Shown in pieces: positions 62,889 through 64,000 of a stretch of 64,000 nt of DNA. Source of the stretch: Alphaproteobacteria bacterium (lineage in GTDB: Bacteria; Pseudomonadota; Alphaproteobacteria; Bin95); contig CAXXWS020000003.1 of NCBI GenBank assembly GCA_963665325.3, forward strand, positions 960,001 through 1,024,000, read 5' to 3'. Below the pieces are notes generated by a model. It made no database searches, was not told the origin of the DNA, and saw nothing but the letters and a program-made list of their open reading frames with translations. The translations under genes were made by a program, and so were the position numbers. Numbering within the stretch: the first letter of the stretch is position 1; every line of letters begins with the position of its first letter.

Positions 62889-63541
62889 ATAACTGTCCTG
62901 GTTTTAAGGCACGAGAGCGGTAGCAGCTCGGTAGGAGGCGTAGGGGGGAGTCATCGGATCGTGTCGTCAGGGGCCGGCGATGGAACCAACAGAGCTAAGG
63001 TCGGAAGGCGGACGGGTGGCTCTGAGGGGCCCTGACAATGCGGGCGGGCTAGGTGGCCAGTTCCTGCTGGTGAGACCGCATTGGCGAGGTGGCGGTTATG
63101 ATCGGAGTGTTGCAATGAGGGAGAAGGAGTGGGCGCGATGTCAGGACAAGGGCAGGTTCTACTGGCGGCAAGCATTTGCTGTGCTCTCTCTGGCGCGTAC
63201 GTAGTCATCGCTAAAGTGGATACGAATGCAGGCTTCGTTGATAAAATGGGCGCATTAGCGGGACCTTATATCGCTGGCGGACTAGTCGGTTGGGTAACAC
63301 CCTTGGTACGGACCGAATCTGTGGACAATTCCCTACCATAGGTGACGTTGTCGTACACTTTTCCCGCCGAAGACGACGGGGCAGTGCAACAGAAGTTAGA
63401 CGGCTGTATGAATGAGGTAAATAGCCTAGGGGATTCGGTCTACGCGGTGTAGTCGAGCCGGTGGTGCCCAGGGGGCGATAGGCGGCACCGTTGTCGACAT
63501 GGAGGCGCTGTGGCAGGCCGCGCCGGATCGGCGCGTTCCTG

Positions 63542-63944
63542 AACGCCTATCGCATCGACCTCACCGGCGAGTCACAGCGAAAGCGCAACAAGCTGACCTC
63601 GCTCGAAGGCGGCAACAAGAAATGAGGGAGCCCCGGCCTGGCGGCCGGGGTCCAGCGGTGCCTGCGGCGCCGGACCCGGCCGCAACACCGTGCAAGCGCC
63701 CCGGCATGCCCTATGAAGGGGCTTGCCGGGGCGTAGGATACGCCTTTGCATGACAAACAGGGCTCGCTTACGCTCGCAACCGGCTGGCCTCCGGCCAGCC
63801 CCCTGAAACCACCAACGGAGACCCACAGACCCACACACCAAGACACGGGAGAGACCCAAAACCGGCGCCGCACCGGCCGTCAAATGGCCAGGAACCGCAG
63901 TCAAATAAAATAGGAATCCGCTGTCAAGTCCGCAGGAATGCGCA
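63542..63944 (+). mobile_element. IS21-family remnant (istB 3' end and right terminus)
   Basis: 63542-63625 reads NAYRIDLTGESQRKR..., the IstB C-terminal pattern; three GTCAA..AGGAA repeats at 63879-63944 ending GGAATGCGCA. Confidence 0.75.
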
Positions 63945-64000
63945 AGCGGCGGCCTCGACTGGCGATCCGTCGCCGCCGCGCGCGCCGAAGCGGCCTCGGG

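Larger units (their letters stand above)
39729..63944. mobile_element. Genomic island / mobilisable element with defence and biosynthetic cargo (right end may lie beyond the window)
   Basis: Truncated host gene at the left edge, AT-rich spacers, RHH genes, MOBF relaxase, mcrBC, lower-GC cluster, IS21 remnant; no integrase seen. Confidence 0.7.

Noticed and set aside
63129-63341. 70-aa hydrophobic ORF after the monooxygenase
   Set aside because: It has no recognisable motif and lies in apparently degenerate sequence; it could be a remnant.

Overview
High-GC alphaproteobacterial-type chromosomal DNA in two parts. Positions 1-39.7 kb are core and metabolic genes: dnaK-dnaJ, udg, NYN, folK, rho, scpA-meaB, a degP/two-component locus and ddpX. 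This part also carries three toxin-antitoxin pairs, two copies of a structured MITE, and a HisD-paralog/amidohydrolase-pair/Rieske operon that resembles dinuclear C-H oxygenases. From about 39.73 kb, where a cysteine-hydrolase gene is cut off, to the window end the DNA looks acquired. It holds four paralogous ribbon-helix-helix (MobC-like) genes around an AT-rich repeat array, mcrBC, a 1510-aa MOBF relaxase, a visibly lower-GC biosynthetic cluster (52.8-62.9 kb) and an IS21 remnant. The best candidate for a new system is that cluster. It pairs an amine N-hydroxylase with a PaiB-family protein carrying piperazate-synthase-type motifs. It also has an orphan diaminobutyrate transaminase, a stand-alone adenylating ligase, a DpkA-like reductase, MFS and formate/nitrite transporters and a LysR regulator, with no NRPS in the window. 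I infer an N-N bond-forming pathway, possibly to a 5-membered pyrazolidine ring rather than piperazate. All calls come from motif recognition by eye; no database searches were run, and several start codons were re-picked by hand.
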